DNA of 64,000 bases from Flavobacteriales bacterium UBA2669 (GCA_002359215.1 DEMN01000001.1:16593-80592); one strand, 5' to 3'; shown: positions 32,101-40,294, numbered from the stretch's first letter. Notes: generated from the sequence alone by a model not told the origin. Made by a program: numbers and translations.

Positions 32101-34491
32101 CCAACCACACCGGACATACCTGCTACCACCAACTTTTTGGGAATAGCCAAAAATGGAGTAGCCATTGCCGAAAATACCGATGGCGAATTACAATTTTATG
32201 TAGTACTTGCCGAAAAATACTTGGGCAACAAAGATGCGTGCTTAATTTACGATGCCACAGGCAAACTAATGAAAAATACAGAGTTGATTAGTAATATCGA
32301 CATCAACAGCAAGCCTATTGTGATTAATTTAGCAACAAATAAATATGCCGTAGTTACCCTAAATGCCAACAAGCAACCCATGTACCATATTATAGACATG
32401 GATGCACAAGGCTATGGAGCAGTAAACAATGCAGGCGAAGTGGATGCTACCCAGGTAAACGTAGCCATGACTACCACCACTACAGCACAATATGGTTTAC
32501 ACTTTACCGCTTACGAAGACCACGTTAACAACAAAAAAATAGTTTACAGTACCCGCTATACCCCTAATGTGGCATTGCCCGATCAAGGCAGTACAGAAAT
32601 TGTAGCCTTTGAATTTATAAACAACACCACCCAATTGCAACAGCATGTGTTGTACCAGATTAACGGATGTGGCAATACCGAACAAGGCGAACTACAGATT
32701 TCTCCCGAAGGAAACAAACTCTTGTGGTACCAGCACGATAAATACGTAACCGGCTTTAGCCACCGTGTGTTCGATGTGTATAGCATAGCCCTGCACCCCG
32801 ATAAAATAAGCACCACAGGCGTAGTGGACATCTTAGACCATACCATGGTAAACAACTACGGAGGCAACTATGGCGAAGGAAGAGTAGAATACGATGCCGA
32901 CAACCAAACCATGTACCTTAGCCAACGAGGCATTTATTTAGACGGAGCAAGCGGAAATGAAAGCGAACGCAACCTTTGGAAATACTCTCCGCTAAATACT
33001 ACCACCCTCAACCCCTTAAACCCTACCAGTGTGTATTTATTTAGCGAAATACGCAGAGGAGTAAACGGAAAACTCTATATGCCCAATATGGATGCAGCTG
33101 CAGATGCCATACACAGCTATGATGGAAGTAGCATGAGTAACATTCCTACTAATAGTGCGTATAATTCGTATGTCTTTGCCTCCGCCTTACCTACCCAGGT
33201 GTATAAACTATTTGGAGAAGAAGCAGTAGCAAGTGCAGGCAGAGAAATAGGGAAAAAACAATATTTCTTAAATGACCATTTAAATTCAGTAAGAGTAGTG
33301 ATTACCGATGAAAAACATCTTAATAATGTAAATAGTAATGACCAAATTGATGCAGGAGACTTTTTTAGTCCTTTTGTAGTCTCATTTTCAGATACTTATC
33401 CTTTTGGAATGAGCTTAAGAAACTTTAATCCGAATTTGGCGAGATACTCTTTTCAGGGACAGGAAAAAGAGAAAAATGCTGTTGTTGAAGGGTTTTCTTT
33501 TAAATATAGAATACACGATGCAAGGATAGGAAGATTTTTAAGTGTTGATCCTTTATCAGAGTCTTACCCTTTTAATAGTACTTATGCATTTAGTCAAAAT
33601 AGAGTAATTGATGGGATAGAATTAGAAGGCTTAGAATTTTTGGATGCTAAAAAGTATGGAGTTAATTTCTTTTCTATGCGTCCATTTTTGGATAATCCAA
33701 ATGCAAATGACGTTATAGTTCCAATAGAAGTGATGAATGCATTAGTTACACGTAAGGGAGCACCAATCATTGAACAAGGAAGTGCAGTTGAAATGAGACC
33801 AATTACTCATTGGTTAGCTCCTAAACCTGGTTCACAAACAAAGCCTAATACAAAATCTGCAAAAGTGAAGTCAGCAAAACAAATTCCTATTGTAACAAAT
33901 GTAGTAAATTCATCATCTGCAAAAATTGGAATGAGAATGGGGGCAATTTTGGAAGTTTTTAACTTATTCGTTCCTTATATAGATTTAATTGTAAATTCTG
34001 ATTATTATGCTGATAGAGAAAAAGCAATAGCAGGAATTATTGCTTTAAATAAAGCTACAACATTAGTTTCTGCAGCTAAAAAAAATGGATACATCCCTAT
34101 GTCTCTAACACAAAGTGATGTTTTTATGGCAGATGTAGCAAATTATTTATCTGATGGGAGAATTCCTAAACCTAATGAAAATAATGTTGTAATAACAAAA
34201 GAATATTCAAAATTAGTTACAGATTGGGCACAAATGCTATTAGTAAATGAAGAAAAAGTATTGTCAGGAAGTCTTAATTTAGGGGAAGATTCTTCGGAAG
34301 AAATGATTATTCCTCTTAGTATGGGAACTATTGATAGAAATCTTGGCACAATAATGATAGTAGTGCCTGTAGAAGTGGCAGAACAAGATTTATCTCCAGA
34401 AGTAAAAGAAGCTAAAAAAGCAGAAAAAGCATTTAATGAATCAGGGGAATCAGCTCCAAAAGTAACAGAAAAAGTAAAAAAAAATAATTAA
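26152..34491 (+). CDS. 2779-aa RHS/YD-repeat polymorphic toxin with an N-terminal PKD/SprB-repeat stalk
   Basis: Signal peptide. PKD and SprB-type repeats at ~26.6-29.6 kb. More than 10 YD motifs from 29833 (YYYDRAGQ, YDGLNRL, YDELGRI, YDTHGNV, YDAENRL, YDANGNL, YDGIGNL, YDASGNR). RHS core ...PFGMSLRNF...YRIHDARIGRFLSVDPLSESYPFNSTYAFSQNRVIDGIELEGLE ends at ~33636. A ~285-aa unassigned C-terminal domain follows. Confidence 0.9.
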   Translation: MKIKVAILLLFGFFLTIFSVKSQTIGDPMCSQTSSSDCCIQYNFDFNYTQQVIAPTPPATLSNQVKVNFTLTSVLGVTTTGSRFTGICSEHEVASVSWDFDDDELVDVVSDAPAHIYTFSSACASEVHKVVVCVLMSNGATCRFEQWIVLNNPNVVASHTITPTINACGQVNFSYTGTTLTNPKWTFGDGTFDNSAQQTVSHTYPTNGTYTVTLTNDEMAPCAIATTVTISDKPTASFSYTIPDVCNVTSGINVTINNYNPSLYTYLWKVNNVSVPATGVTTNIISPLVSGQNNTIKLIVQDASGCQSTTTKNIKIGAVEADFNTPLEYCLGDFLNVTGIQSGGTTYDWKIDHTTTSTTVNLTNAGMFPSYQFTTTGIYDISLTVTTTYPNPSNPSSPLTCTDLFTETVEVFEPVDASFSIASGTNCGEIALTLTNPTTTTAYTINYGDGTIETGTDITSAPSNHLEHIYTSNGVHTVTITLTNGTCTNTKTNSVSINDQATLTIVASNINLCPGSTVTLNAVIANVAIGSGGITYEWKDVTDVNPANHITLPGTTAQITVTAGGTYQVTVTTGSNICFSNNDNDATIVINELEAPTATFDVQNITATSCGLSTGAVILDVTANLAAVGYTVNGGAVQNTLQTTINNLPAGPNYITIANAQDPTCTGTVLVNIPDNSPEVEVVSTDATCSSTGSITVNGVPGGYTTTVYAANDYPTTPLFTGTSGNVPAGNYVVEVTENSPGSCVVTQNVTVLGGTFNLSLVNPNLGICSGGSVAAALDNPPSGAVITWQQKDINGNYNNIGGTASTQNITQPGEYSVTVEDGSCTEILYFTVQQFNPITINFEIIQPLCPGDPAQINAIVAGGSGNYTYSWSNSASTDDNISIPTAPGGAVTLTVNDANTALGCGPVTSPDISTNLTFPDPIVLCTSGITSTPAYVGTNTTLAPSATYENNISITGCQLELCATGGTAPLNYEWFLEGQPSTETRIVSFTVNGVTGALEYNDPDPSSSTFGNVLAAEKPTGVTIPGYTTGTVAFNVNDPNITVTPTPTPGFYIYPYWLYDGTNIFPALQTDGVTPFTVTVQVTVTNDIMVHNHTGSTTSTADFAEYADPNGASVIYTLVITDANGCSTSFPGVEITIPPVPDFPEFSFVWAKPLPSTGGEEPEEVDINIKDNMAEAANEMMSSAMACLQSQTQGMITAFEDNCFDLNTFRDSTNISYEVNEHHYTLYYYDRAGQLTKTVPPQGVKFLDDGSISSNEIQAIIDYRASNPLSLPAVSKFVPDHTMETKYQHNSLGQLISQSTPDGGTTNFIYDGLNRLRFSQNEQQNTDGVFSYTKYDELGRIIEVGESDAIGLNFADPTLAANVTTYANDVNYPDNTLAGITNTEITKTHYTTPAQVNYYGLPQRYLQNRVSFVFNDEDGDLNTTNDQYHTYFSYDTHGNVEWLIQEDAEIGKNYIAYEYDLISGNVIKVRYNENRSDKFFHKYEYDAENRLTHVFTSVDNQLWDNDAHYEYYAHGPLKRNTIGEDHVQGLDYIYTIHGWLKSINSPNISNNTDPGNDGDLVTAINAWQQTNKVAEDYFGMSLGYYNGDYRNVNNFHYNSTTGSSPYQNLYASTNNDAADLYNGNISHWVHSQLSTIGGIKDPSVKPRASVYNYDVLNRIKQATNFEQIGGDLLGNYAFSTYTGANGADAYKTNYTYDANGNLLNLDRYNALGILMDELGYTYDNGLAGVALNSNQLTSVTDNSTNTEDGRGDLEAIHTYTYDGIGNLTIETAQERMDFGTGYQLFDVATNINWTVYGKVKQVTKTISTNSGANVYQVEKIDFEYDASGNRIKKTANKKIDATGNLSGIDANPETASFLVNEVTTTYYVRDAQGNTLAVYEKTAVENGSNFDVTLQLKEQPIYGSDRLGQRTANKVLAASLNVSGSSGNITFPPLGSGIQKKSEYQNWITSSNKNALLNLTDQLCQQKVIHLEYDNGTAEYATPTTPDIPATTNFLGIAKNGVAIAENTDGELQFYVVLAEKYLGNKDACLIYDATGKLMKNTELISNIDINSKPIVINLATNKYAVVTLNANKQPMYHIIDMDAQGYGAVNNAGEVDATQVNVAMTTTTTAQYGLHFTAYEDHVNNKKIVYSTRYTPNVALPDQGSTEIVAFEFINNTTQLQQHVLYQINGCGNTEQGELQISPEGNKLLWYQHDKYVTGFSHRVFDVYSIALHPDKISTTGVVDILDHTMVNNYGGNYGEGRVEYDADNQTMYLSQRGIYLDGASGNESERNLWKYSPLNTTTLNPLNPTSVYLFSEIRRGVNGKLYMPNMDAAADAIHSYDGSSMSNIPTNSAYNSYVFASALPTQVYKLFGEEAVASAGREIGKKQYFLNDHLNSVRVVITDEKHLNNVNSNDQIDAGDFFSPFVVSFSDTYPFGMSLRNFNPNLARYSFQGQEKEKNAVVEGFSFKYRIHDARIGRFLSVDPLSESYPFNSTYAFSQNRVIDGIELEGLEFLDAKKYGVNFFSMRPFLDNPNANDVIVPIEVMNALVTRKGAPIIEQGSAVEMRPITHWLAPKPGSQTKPNTKSAKVKSAKQIPIVTNVVNSSSAKIGMRMGAILEVFNLFVPYIDLIVNSDYYADREKAIAGIIALNKATTLVSAAKKNGYIPMSLTQSDVFMADVANYLSDGRIPKPNENNVVITKEYSKLVTDWAQMLLVNEEKVLSGSLNLGEDSSEEMIIPLSMGTIDRNLGTIMIVVPVEVAEQDLSPEVKEAKKAEKAFNESGESAPKVTEKVKKNN

Positions 34492-34497
34492 AGTTTT

Positions 34498-35763
34498 ATG
34501 AAAAGCGTTGTATTGATTTTCGGTCTTTTATTTTTTACAGGTTGTTTTAATAATGAAGAAGAACTAGGTTCTTCGGTTATAAAAGATAATAAAGAAAAAC
34601 TAAAATTAACAGTACCAGAAAAAATTGAAATTAATAAAGAAGGTATTGAAATTTCAGATAGTCTGTTCTTGTATTTTTATATGGAAGGGAACATAGAAGA
34701 ACTAGTGCAAAATAAGTATAAAATTGATTCGGATTTGAAATTAGGCATTTCTTCAATCGCTTTTTTAGAACAAGGTGATTATCAAAAGGCATTAAGTTTA
34801 ATTCCTCATTATAGTCAAGTTGAGTTTGATTGGGATGATGGAGAAAAAATATATCCTCATCAATTTACAAGAGAGTTTGGATTTTACGAACTACTAGCTC
34901 TTTATCGTTATGCCGTTCATATAGATGAGATTGAAGAAAATATTGTTTCACATATGCAAATTAGTTCAAGTTTTACTGACACCTTTGCCAATAATATACT
35001 TATAGGTACAGAATATGTTTTAACCACTACTTATGAATTAGAATATGAACATTTTGCGAAAAACAAAAAGTTTAATTTAGATAGCTTACTTGTTTATTAT
35101 CCAAATTTTCACAGATTAAAATTAGCAAAAGCACATTATTTTTTTGTAACTAATCAAATAGATGAATATTTATTTGAATTAAAAAAGATATATGAATTAG
35201 GATATTTTAGAAGAGATATGTTAAAAAGAATAATTAGTGAGTATTCATGGGGAGAAAAGCCAAATTTAGATTCGGCAGCTGTTTATGTAGCTAAATTTGA
35301 ATTAGAATTTCCTAATGATTGTGATAATTCAATAAATAATTATTATTTAGAATCTAAGAAGTATCAAGAAATGGAGAAAGCTTGTAAAAAATGTTTTCAA
35401 GATAGTTTATTATGGAGAGATAAAATAATTGCAAAGGCACAACTTTGCAGACTCTATTTAAATCAAAAAAAGATAGAAAATGTGAAAGCACTAATCTATC
35501 ATTTTCATGAAAATGATAGTGGATATAGACGAACAGAATTACGAAAGTGGTTGTGGACTGAATATTTTTTTATGGAATTAGAATTAAATTTTTTACAAAA
35601 AAAATATAGTACTGTAAACAAAATGATGAATAAAGGGTTTGGTGAGTTAGCAATGCCTTTTACTACAGAGGAAAAAAGAGAAGTGATAAAAAGATATTAT
35701 GCATATTATATAAGAAAAGATTTAATAAATTTTGAGCATTTCTATCGAGATAATTTTGAGTAA
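34498..35763 (+). CDS. Candidate cognate immunity protein (lipoprotein, helical repeats)
   Basis: Starts 6 nt after the RHS stop. Lipobox LLFFTGC. AT-rich like the toxin tip. No motif recognised. Confidence 0.55.
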   Translation: MKSVVLIFGLLFFTGCFNNEEELGSSVIKDNKEKLKLTVPEKIEINKEGIEISDSLFLYFYMEGNIEELVQNKYKIDSDLKLGISSIAFLEQGDYQKALSLIPHYSQVEFDWDDGEKIYPHQFTREFGFYELLALYRYAVHIDEIEENIVSHMQISSSFTDTFANNILIGTEYVLTTTYELEYEHFAKNKKFNLDSLLVYYPNFHRLKLAKAHYFFVTNQIDEYLFELKKIYELGYFRRDMLKRIISEYSWGEKPNLDSAAVYVAKFELEFPNDCDNSINNYYLESKKYQEMEKACKKCFQDSLLWRDKIIAKAQLCRLYLNQKKIENVKALIYHFHENDSGYRRTELRKWLWTEYFFMELELNFLQKKYSTVNKMMNKGFGELAMPFTTEEKREVIKRYYAYYIRKDLINFEHFYRDNFE

Positions 35764-36119
35764 GTTGTTGTGCCTCGGCACTGTTCGTGAGAGCTTGTAG
35801 CTTGAACACCGCTGAAAAAAACTAAGGTAGTTGATTTTTAGGACAAAATCAAGAGGTAAATGAAAGTTTTTTTAAAGTATTCGTACGGGCAAGTAGGTAT
35901 AGCCGCCAATCATGTGGATTATGAATAGTGTTTGGATTTAATCTAAGGTAAGCTTGGTGCGGTAATGTATCCGTACGATACGAATTTTTTATAGCCCATC
36001 CTTAACCAAGAAAAGCACAATACAAATAAAAATTAGGAAGCCGTAAGCAAAGACTAACTCTGCATTGGAATAATTTTTTTTACCAAAGATAAGACTAATG
36101 AAATCATTCAGTATATCTC

Positions 36120-36377
36120 TCATCTCATCAGGTATTCTAGATTAATACTATCTAAGTAACCATGCCAGTCTTGTTCATTTTCTAAGGCATTTATTCTTTT
36201 TATTTCATTATTATGAACATCATAAAATACTTCTACATAGAAATTACCTAATGAGTAGAGTGCTATTTTATACTTATTATATTCTATTCTATAATCAATA
36301 TAGTTTCCTTTGGAGAAAAGGATTTCCCCTTTTTGATTAAGATTTAATTGGTTGTATTTTGTAATTGAAAGTATCAC
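36120..36377 (-). CDS. Small hypothetical protein (85 aa)
   Basis: Clean ORF. The FYVEVFYDVHNNEIKRINAL pattern is recalled from small Bacteroidota proteins of unknown role. Confidence 0.5.
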   Translation of the reverse strand: MILSITKYNQLNLNQKGEILFSKGNYIDYRIEYNKYKIALYSLGNFYVEVFYDVHNNEIKRINALENEQDWHGYLDSINLEYLMR

Positions 36378-36593
36378 TTAAAACAAAGATAATTATTTTG
36401 GATAATATTCCGTTTTAAAGTGTATTAAAAATGATGGTGAAAAAAAAAGTGAACTAATAAGATGAAACTTTTGTATTAAGTTATACTATCAATAAATATG
36501 GAATCATTATATTTGGTCTTGGTTTTATAAAGACTAAAATGTTCTTTATAAAAGAGTGAGTTGGAAATTGATTATAGTATAAATTAATAAATT

Positions 36594-37031
36594 ATGGATA
36601 ATAAATATATTTTAGAAGGAGAATCAATAATTACTCAATCAAACGATAAAACTGTTACCGTTACTAATAAGAGAGTCAGGTATCAAGCCTCATCTTCAGG
36701 AAAAGCTCACATTGTCTCAATAATGTTAGAGAAGATTAGTTCCATAGAGATTCATTATAAAAGCAAAGTATTTATTTTGATTATTGGAATTTTACTTGCA
36801 GCAGCAGGATTATTTATGGGAGCCAATAATGTAGGGTCAGCAATGATTCTTGGATTGGTATTAGGCGGATTATTTATATTGATTTACTTGCTAACGAGAA
36901 AACACGTTGTTTCAATTGCTTCAGATGGTGGAGCAATCATCTACTTTCAAACAAAAGGAATGAAAAGAGAGGTCTTATTAGATTTTATAAATAAGATTGA
37001 AAAAGCAAAAAGTGAAAAGTTATCAAATTAA
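36594..37031 (+). CDS. Small membrane protein with a PH-like N-terminal segment and two TM helices
   Basis: LEGESIITQSNDKTVTVTNKRVRYQ...IVSIMLEKISSIEI, then the TM pair ILIIGILLAAAGLFMG / ILGLVLGGLFILIYLL. Confidence 0.5.
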   Translation: MDNKYILEGESIITQSNDKTVTVTNKRVRYQASSSGKAHIVSIMLEKISSIEIHYKSKVFILIIGILLAAAGLFMGANNVGSAMILGLVLGGLFILIYLLTRKHVVSIASDGGAIIYFQTKGMKREVLLDFINKIEKAKSEKLSN

Positions 37032-37105
37032 AGAAGCCTTTTGAGATAGCCTTCCAAAAATGTTGTTTTATATAAATTAGCTATGTTTAATTAATAAATT
37101 GTATT

Positions 37106-38137
37106 ATGTCCAATAACCCAAAATTAGAATTTGGTCGATTTACCTTAAATCATAAAAAAGAAAAGTTTACAACATTTAGAGATTTTGCCATTGAAGAATT
37201 AAAAAAAAGTAAATCTATTACCAACGAAAAAGTAGTAGAAGAATGCTTTAAATACTTTATTAAATCATTAAATAGTGATTATGCTAAAGATGAGAAACTA
37301 AAGAAGAAATTAAAGGTTGAAAATAAAAAATCTATTAATAGTCATCATGACAAAAAACCAACTTTCGATTCTAGTAATTATACAATTTATGGTGTAATTA
37401 ATGGTGGACCATATGGGCGTGATAGAATAGTTTCAAATAATGATGATGACGAAGACAGTAGTAGATTAGGACAAAATAAAGCGGTATTATTATATTTTTA
37501 TTTCTTTCTTTATATACCACCGGATCATAATCAAGGGTTTTATATGATTCACTCTAACAGTAGTGATGAGTCTATTACAATATTATTTAGAAAATACGTT
37601 ACTAATATTTTTAAAGGAGTAAATTTTTACAAAGCAACTCCTACCGAGTATGCTCCAAAAACATTTCAAGATGAATATATGAAAGGTGCATTATTAAAAA
37701 GAATGACATTTAAAACATTTATAAATGATAACGTACATTCTACTAACGGTGTTTCAGCAAATATTCCAAATCAATACGATATTAGAATTGAAGTAACTCC
37801 CAGAGGAAGAAGTCTTATAGGGGCAGATGCTGAACCTTTTTTGAAAAAATTGTCAAAGAATTTTTTTGGAAGTAAAAAAGAAACCAAAGAGTTAGAAGAG
37901 TTTGATGAAACGAGTGTTACCTTTGAAAACGGTGTAACAAAAGCTCAAAAAACATTTGAATGGAACACCAGAGATAAAGAGTTTGTTCCTGTTGTTTATT
38001 TAAAAGGAAGAGTTGATAAGAAAAATTTAGATGGCACTCCGGATTTTGAGGAATTAAAAAAATATTGTTTAACTATCTTTACTGATGAGATTTTACCAGA
38101 AATAAGACCAGATTTATATGTCGAAAAGATTAAATAA
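37106..38137 (+). CDS. Hypothetical 343-aa protein, first gene of a coupled trio
   Basis: Lys-rich helical N-terminus, an acidic patch (NNDDDEDSS), then a mixed alpha/beta core. No motif recognised. Confidence 0.6.
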   Translation: MSNNPKLEFGRFTLNHKKEKFTTFRDFAIEELKKSKSITNEKVVEECFKYFIKSLNSDYAKDEKLKKKLKVENKKSINSHHDKKPTFDSSNYTIYGVINGGPYGRDRIVSNNDDDEDSSRLGQNKAVLLYFYFFLYIPPDHNQGFYMIHSNSSDESITILFRKYVTNIFKGVNFYKATPTEYAPKTFQDEYMKGALLKRMTFKTFINDNVHSTNGVSANIPNQYDIRIEVTPRGRSLIGADAEPFLKKLSKNFFGSKKETKELEEFDETSVTFENGVTKAQKTFEWNTRDKEFVPVVYLKGRVDKKNLDGTPDFEELKKYCLTIFTDEILPEIRPDLYVEKIK

Positions 38138-38744
38138 GTATCTTATAGAATTAAGGCATAAAGCAATTCGTTTTGAGAGAATAGATATTAACGGTAAATC
38201 TTCCGATAATTGGTTTATTAATAATCAAAGAAGAATTATTTGTTCTTTAGTTGCTATAATATTAACCTCTTTGCTTGTAGAAGGGTTCAATGAGCAATTT
38301 ATTTCTTATAGCTCGACAATTCTATCTATTCTAATTGGTTTATTTATTACAGCAATGATATTCAGCTTTGATAAATTTTACACAAAAATTGATAGAGAAA
38401 AGGCAAATGCAAATGAAAAGTTATGGAACACACAATCTTATAATTACTCTATGCAGTTTGCATACATTACCGGTTATAACATTGTACTCTCAATATTTAC
38501 ATTAGTAGTATTATCTCTGAGCGTGTTTTTTGATGTAATAATGAGTATCAATGTATGGGGTTATCATTTTGAATTTGACAAAATTAGTGCAGACACTTTT
38601 TTAAATTTTATTGGACTATCGTTATTATTATTACAAAGATTTATTGTATTATACTGGATTGCATGTATTGTGTATAATACACTTTTTTTAGTTAGTAGTA
38701 TGGTTCAATATATGACCGTTAAAATAGATAGACAAGATGATTGA
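38118..38744 (+). CDS. Four-TM membrane protein, second gene of the trio
   Basis: Its start overlaps the upstream gene by 20 nt. Hydrophobic helices at IICSLVAIILTSLLV, ILSILIGLFITAMIFSF, YNIVLSIFTLVVLSLSVFF and LLLLQRFIVLYWIACIVYNTLFLV. Confidence 0.6.
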   Translation: MSKRLNKYLIELRHKAIRFERIDINGKSSDNWFINNQRRIICSLVAIILTSLLVEGFNEQFISYSSTILSILIGLFITAMIFSFDKFYTKIDREKANANEKLWNTQSYNYSMQFAYITGYNIVLSIFTLVVLSLSVFFDVIMSINVWGYHFEFDKISADTFLNFIGLSLLLLQRFIVLYWIACIVYNTLFLVSSMVQYMTVKIDRQDD

Positions 38745-39762
38745 ATTTAAAGACACCTCTATTAGTAATATAGTTTTTCATAGAATTGACAATGAAGATG
38801 GTAAATCTTTTTTAAGTGAGTCTGAGTATAGTATTAATCAAGAAGAAGAAGAAGTTTTAAAAACTATTTTTTTAAAACCTTTTACCTCTAGTCTATCTAC
38901 TTTTGAATTTGACCATCCTGTTGATTTAAGTTTAAACAGCCTATTTAAATTAGCAAAAGATAATTATGCAGATGAAGACTTTTATAATTCATCTCTTAAT
39001 ATCTACAAACACTTAAAATCAGTATCTAAACATCCAAATATAAATGGTGGAGACTTATTTATAATAAAATATGACGATGTTAAAATTAATAATTCTTTTC
39101 ACCAAGCATTAGGAATATATAAGATTGAAAACAAGCAAAATTTTATAGAAACCTCTTTAATAAAAAATGGGAAAAAGAATCTCAATTTTAAAAAAGGTAT
39201 AGGGCAAGGAAAGATAGATAAGGCATGTTTAATAATTTTTACAGAAGAACCTTATACCATCTTTATTATTGATAAAGGTAATGTAGAGACTGAATATTGG
39301 CAAAACGATTTTATAAATGCCCGTTTAAAGAATGACCATATTAACAGTACTTCTCAATTTATGTCATTAACTAAAACGTATGTTACTGAACAATTTCCTA
39401 ATGATTACAAAACATCAAAAACTGACCAAATTGACTTATTAAACCGTTCAATAGAATATTTTAAAACAAATGATACATTTGATAAGCATACATTTGAAAG
39501 TGATGTACTACAGGATGATAGTGTAATAGAATCGTTTAGAAACTTTGATAAGCTATATAAAGAAGAAAATAATATAGCATTATCAGATAATTTTGAAATT
39601 TCATCCCAAGCTGTAAAAAAACAGGCAAGGATATTTAAAAGTGTTTTGAAATTAGATAAAAACTTCCATGTCTATATTCATGGAGATAAAAATTTAATAG
39701 AGCAGGGTGTAGAAAAAGATGGTCGTAAGTATTATAAGATATATTTTAAGGAAGAAAGTTAA
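38737..39762 (+). CDS. NdpA/YejK-like nucleoid-associated protein
   Basis: 8-nt overlap with the upstream gene (ATGATTGA). N-terminal ISNIVFHRIDNE...FLKPFTS...FEFDH and C-terminal AVKKQARIFKSVLKLDKNFHVYIHGDKNLIEQG...YYKIYFKEE match my recollection of Bacteroidota nucleoid-associated proteins. Confidence 0.65.
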   Translation: MIEFKDTSISNIVFHRIDNEDGKSFLSESEYSINQEEEEVLKTIFLKPFTSSLSTFEFDHPVDLSLNSLFKLAKDNYADEDFYNSSLNIYKHLKSVSKHPNINGGDLFIIKYDDVKINNSFHQALGIYKIENKQNFIETSLIKNGKKNLNFKKGIGQGKIDKACLIIFTEEPYTIFIIDKGNVETEYWQNDFINARLKNDHINSTSQFMSLTKTYVTEQFPNDYKTSKTDQIDLLNRSIEYFKTNDTFDKHTFESDVLQDDSVIESFRNFDKLYKEENNIALSDNFEISSQAVKKQARIFKSVLKLDKNFHVYIHGDKNLIEQGVEKDGRKYYKIYFKEES

Positions 39763-39841
39763 TCGTTTAATATGATTCCCTTCTCCATATATAAAGTTTC
39801 GATATTTTTGTCACACCAAAATACAAAAAATAAGAAATAGA

Positions 39842-40294
39842 ATGCCTCAACTATTCAATATATTACTATTGATAACATCCATTTTAATGGTTGATGTACC
39901 CAAAGCAATAGACGACTGTCCACCCAATTTCAAAACAAGCTGTTCTCGAGTGCAATTAGAAGGCTTTTGGTACTATGCAGATGCTCCCAATAACACCATA
40001 TTAAGAAACCCTCATCAAGTAGGTGAGCAAATAGCAGATTTAGGAATAATGATTAACTATGACATAAAATGGCAAGACGGCTGCAACCACGACCTCATAG
40101 TAAAACAAGTTTATTTTGATGAAAAAGTACCCAATTCAGCAAGAAACGCTCACATCTTTTACCCCGGAGAAGTTATCCATCACCAAGTAACAGCTGTTTG
40201 GGCAGACTCTATAAAATACAAAGTAACCATAAAAGGCATTACCACCTGCGAACAAACTCTTTACCGAGTACCCAAAGAACTTTATGACGAGTAA
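39842..40294 (+). CDS. Hypothetical exported protein
   Basis: Hydrophobic N-terminus and several Cys residues. No motif recognised. Confidence 0.5.
   Translation: MPQLFNILLLITSILMVDVPKAIDDCPPNFKTSCSRVQLEGFWYYADAPNNTILRNPHQVGEQIADLGIMINYDIKWQDGCNHDLIVKQVYFDEKVPNSARNAHIFYPGEVIHHQVTAVWADSIKYKVTIKGITTCEQTLYRVPKELYDE

Noticed and set aside
21454-34349. Embedded ORFs in the 20090 and RHS genes. These include 21454..21702, 23709..23912, 26340..26606, 28344..28541, 29499..29823, 31857..32165, 32497..32855 and 34143..34349.
   Set aside because: These are shadow ORFs of very long coding regions and are not independently supported.
38118-39762. Calling the 4-TM + 341-aa pair a Kiwa (KwaA/KwaB) system
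   Set aside because: Only the architecture is similar. The second protein reads as NdpA/YejK-like, and I cannot show similarity to DUF4868 by eye. The analogy is kept only inside a speculative finding.
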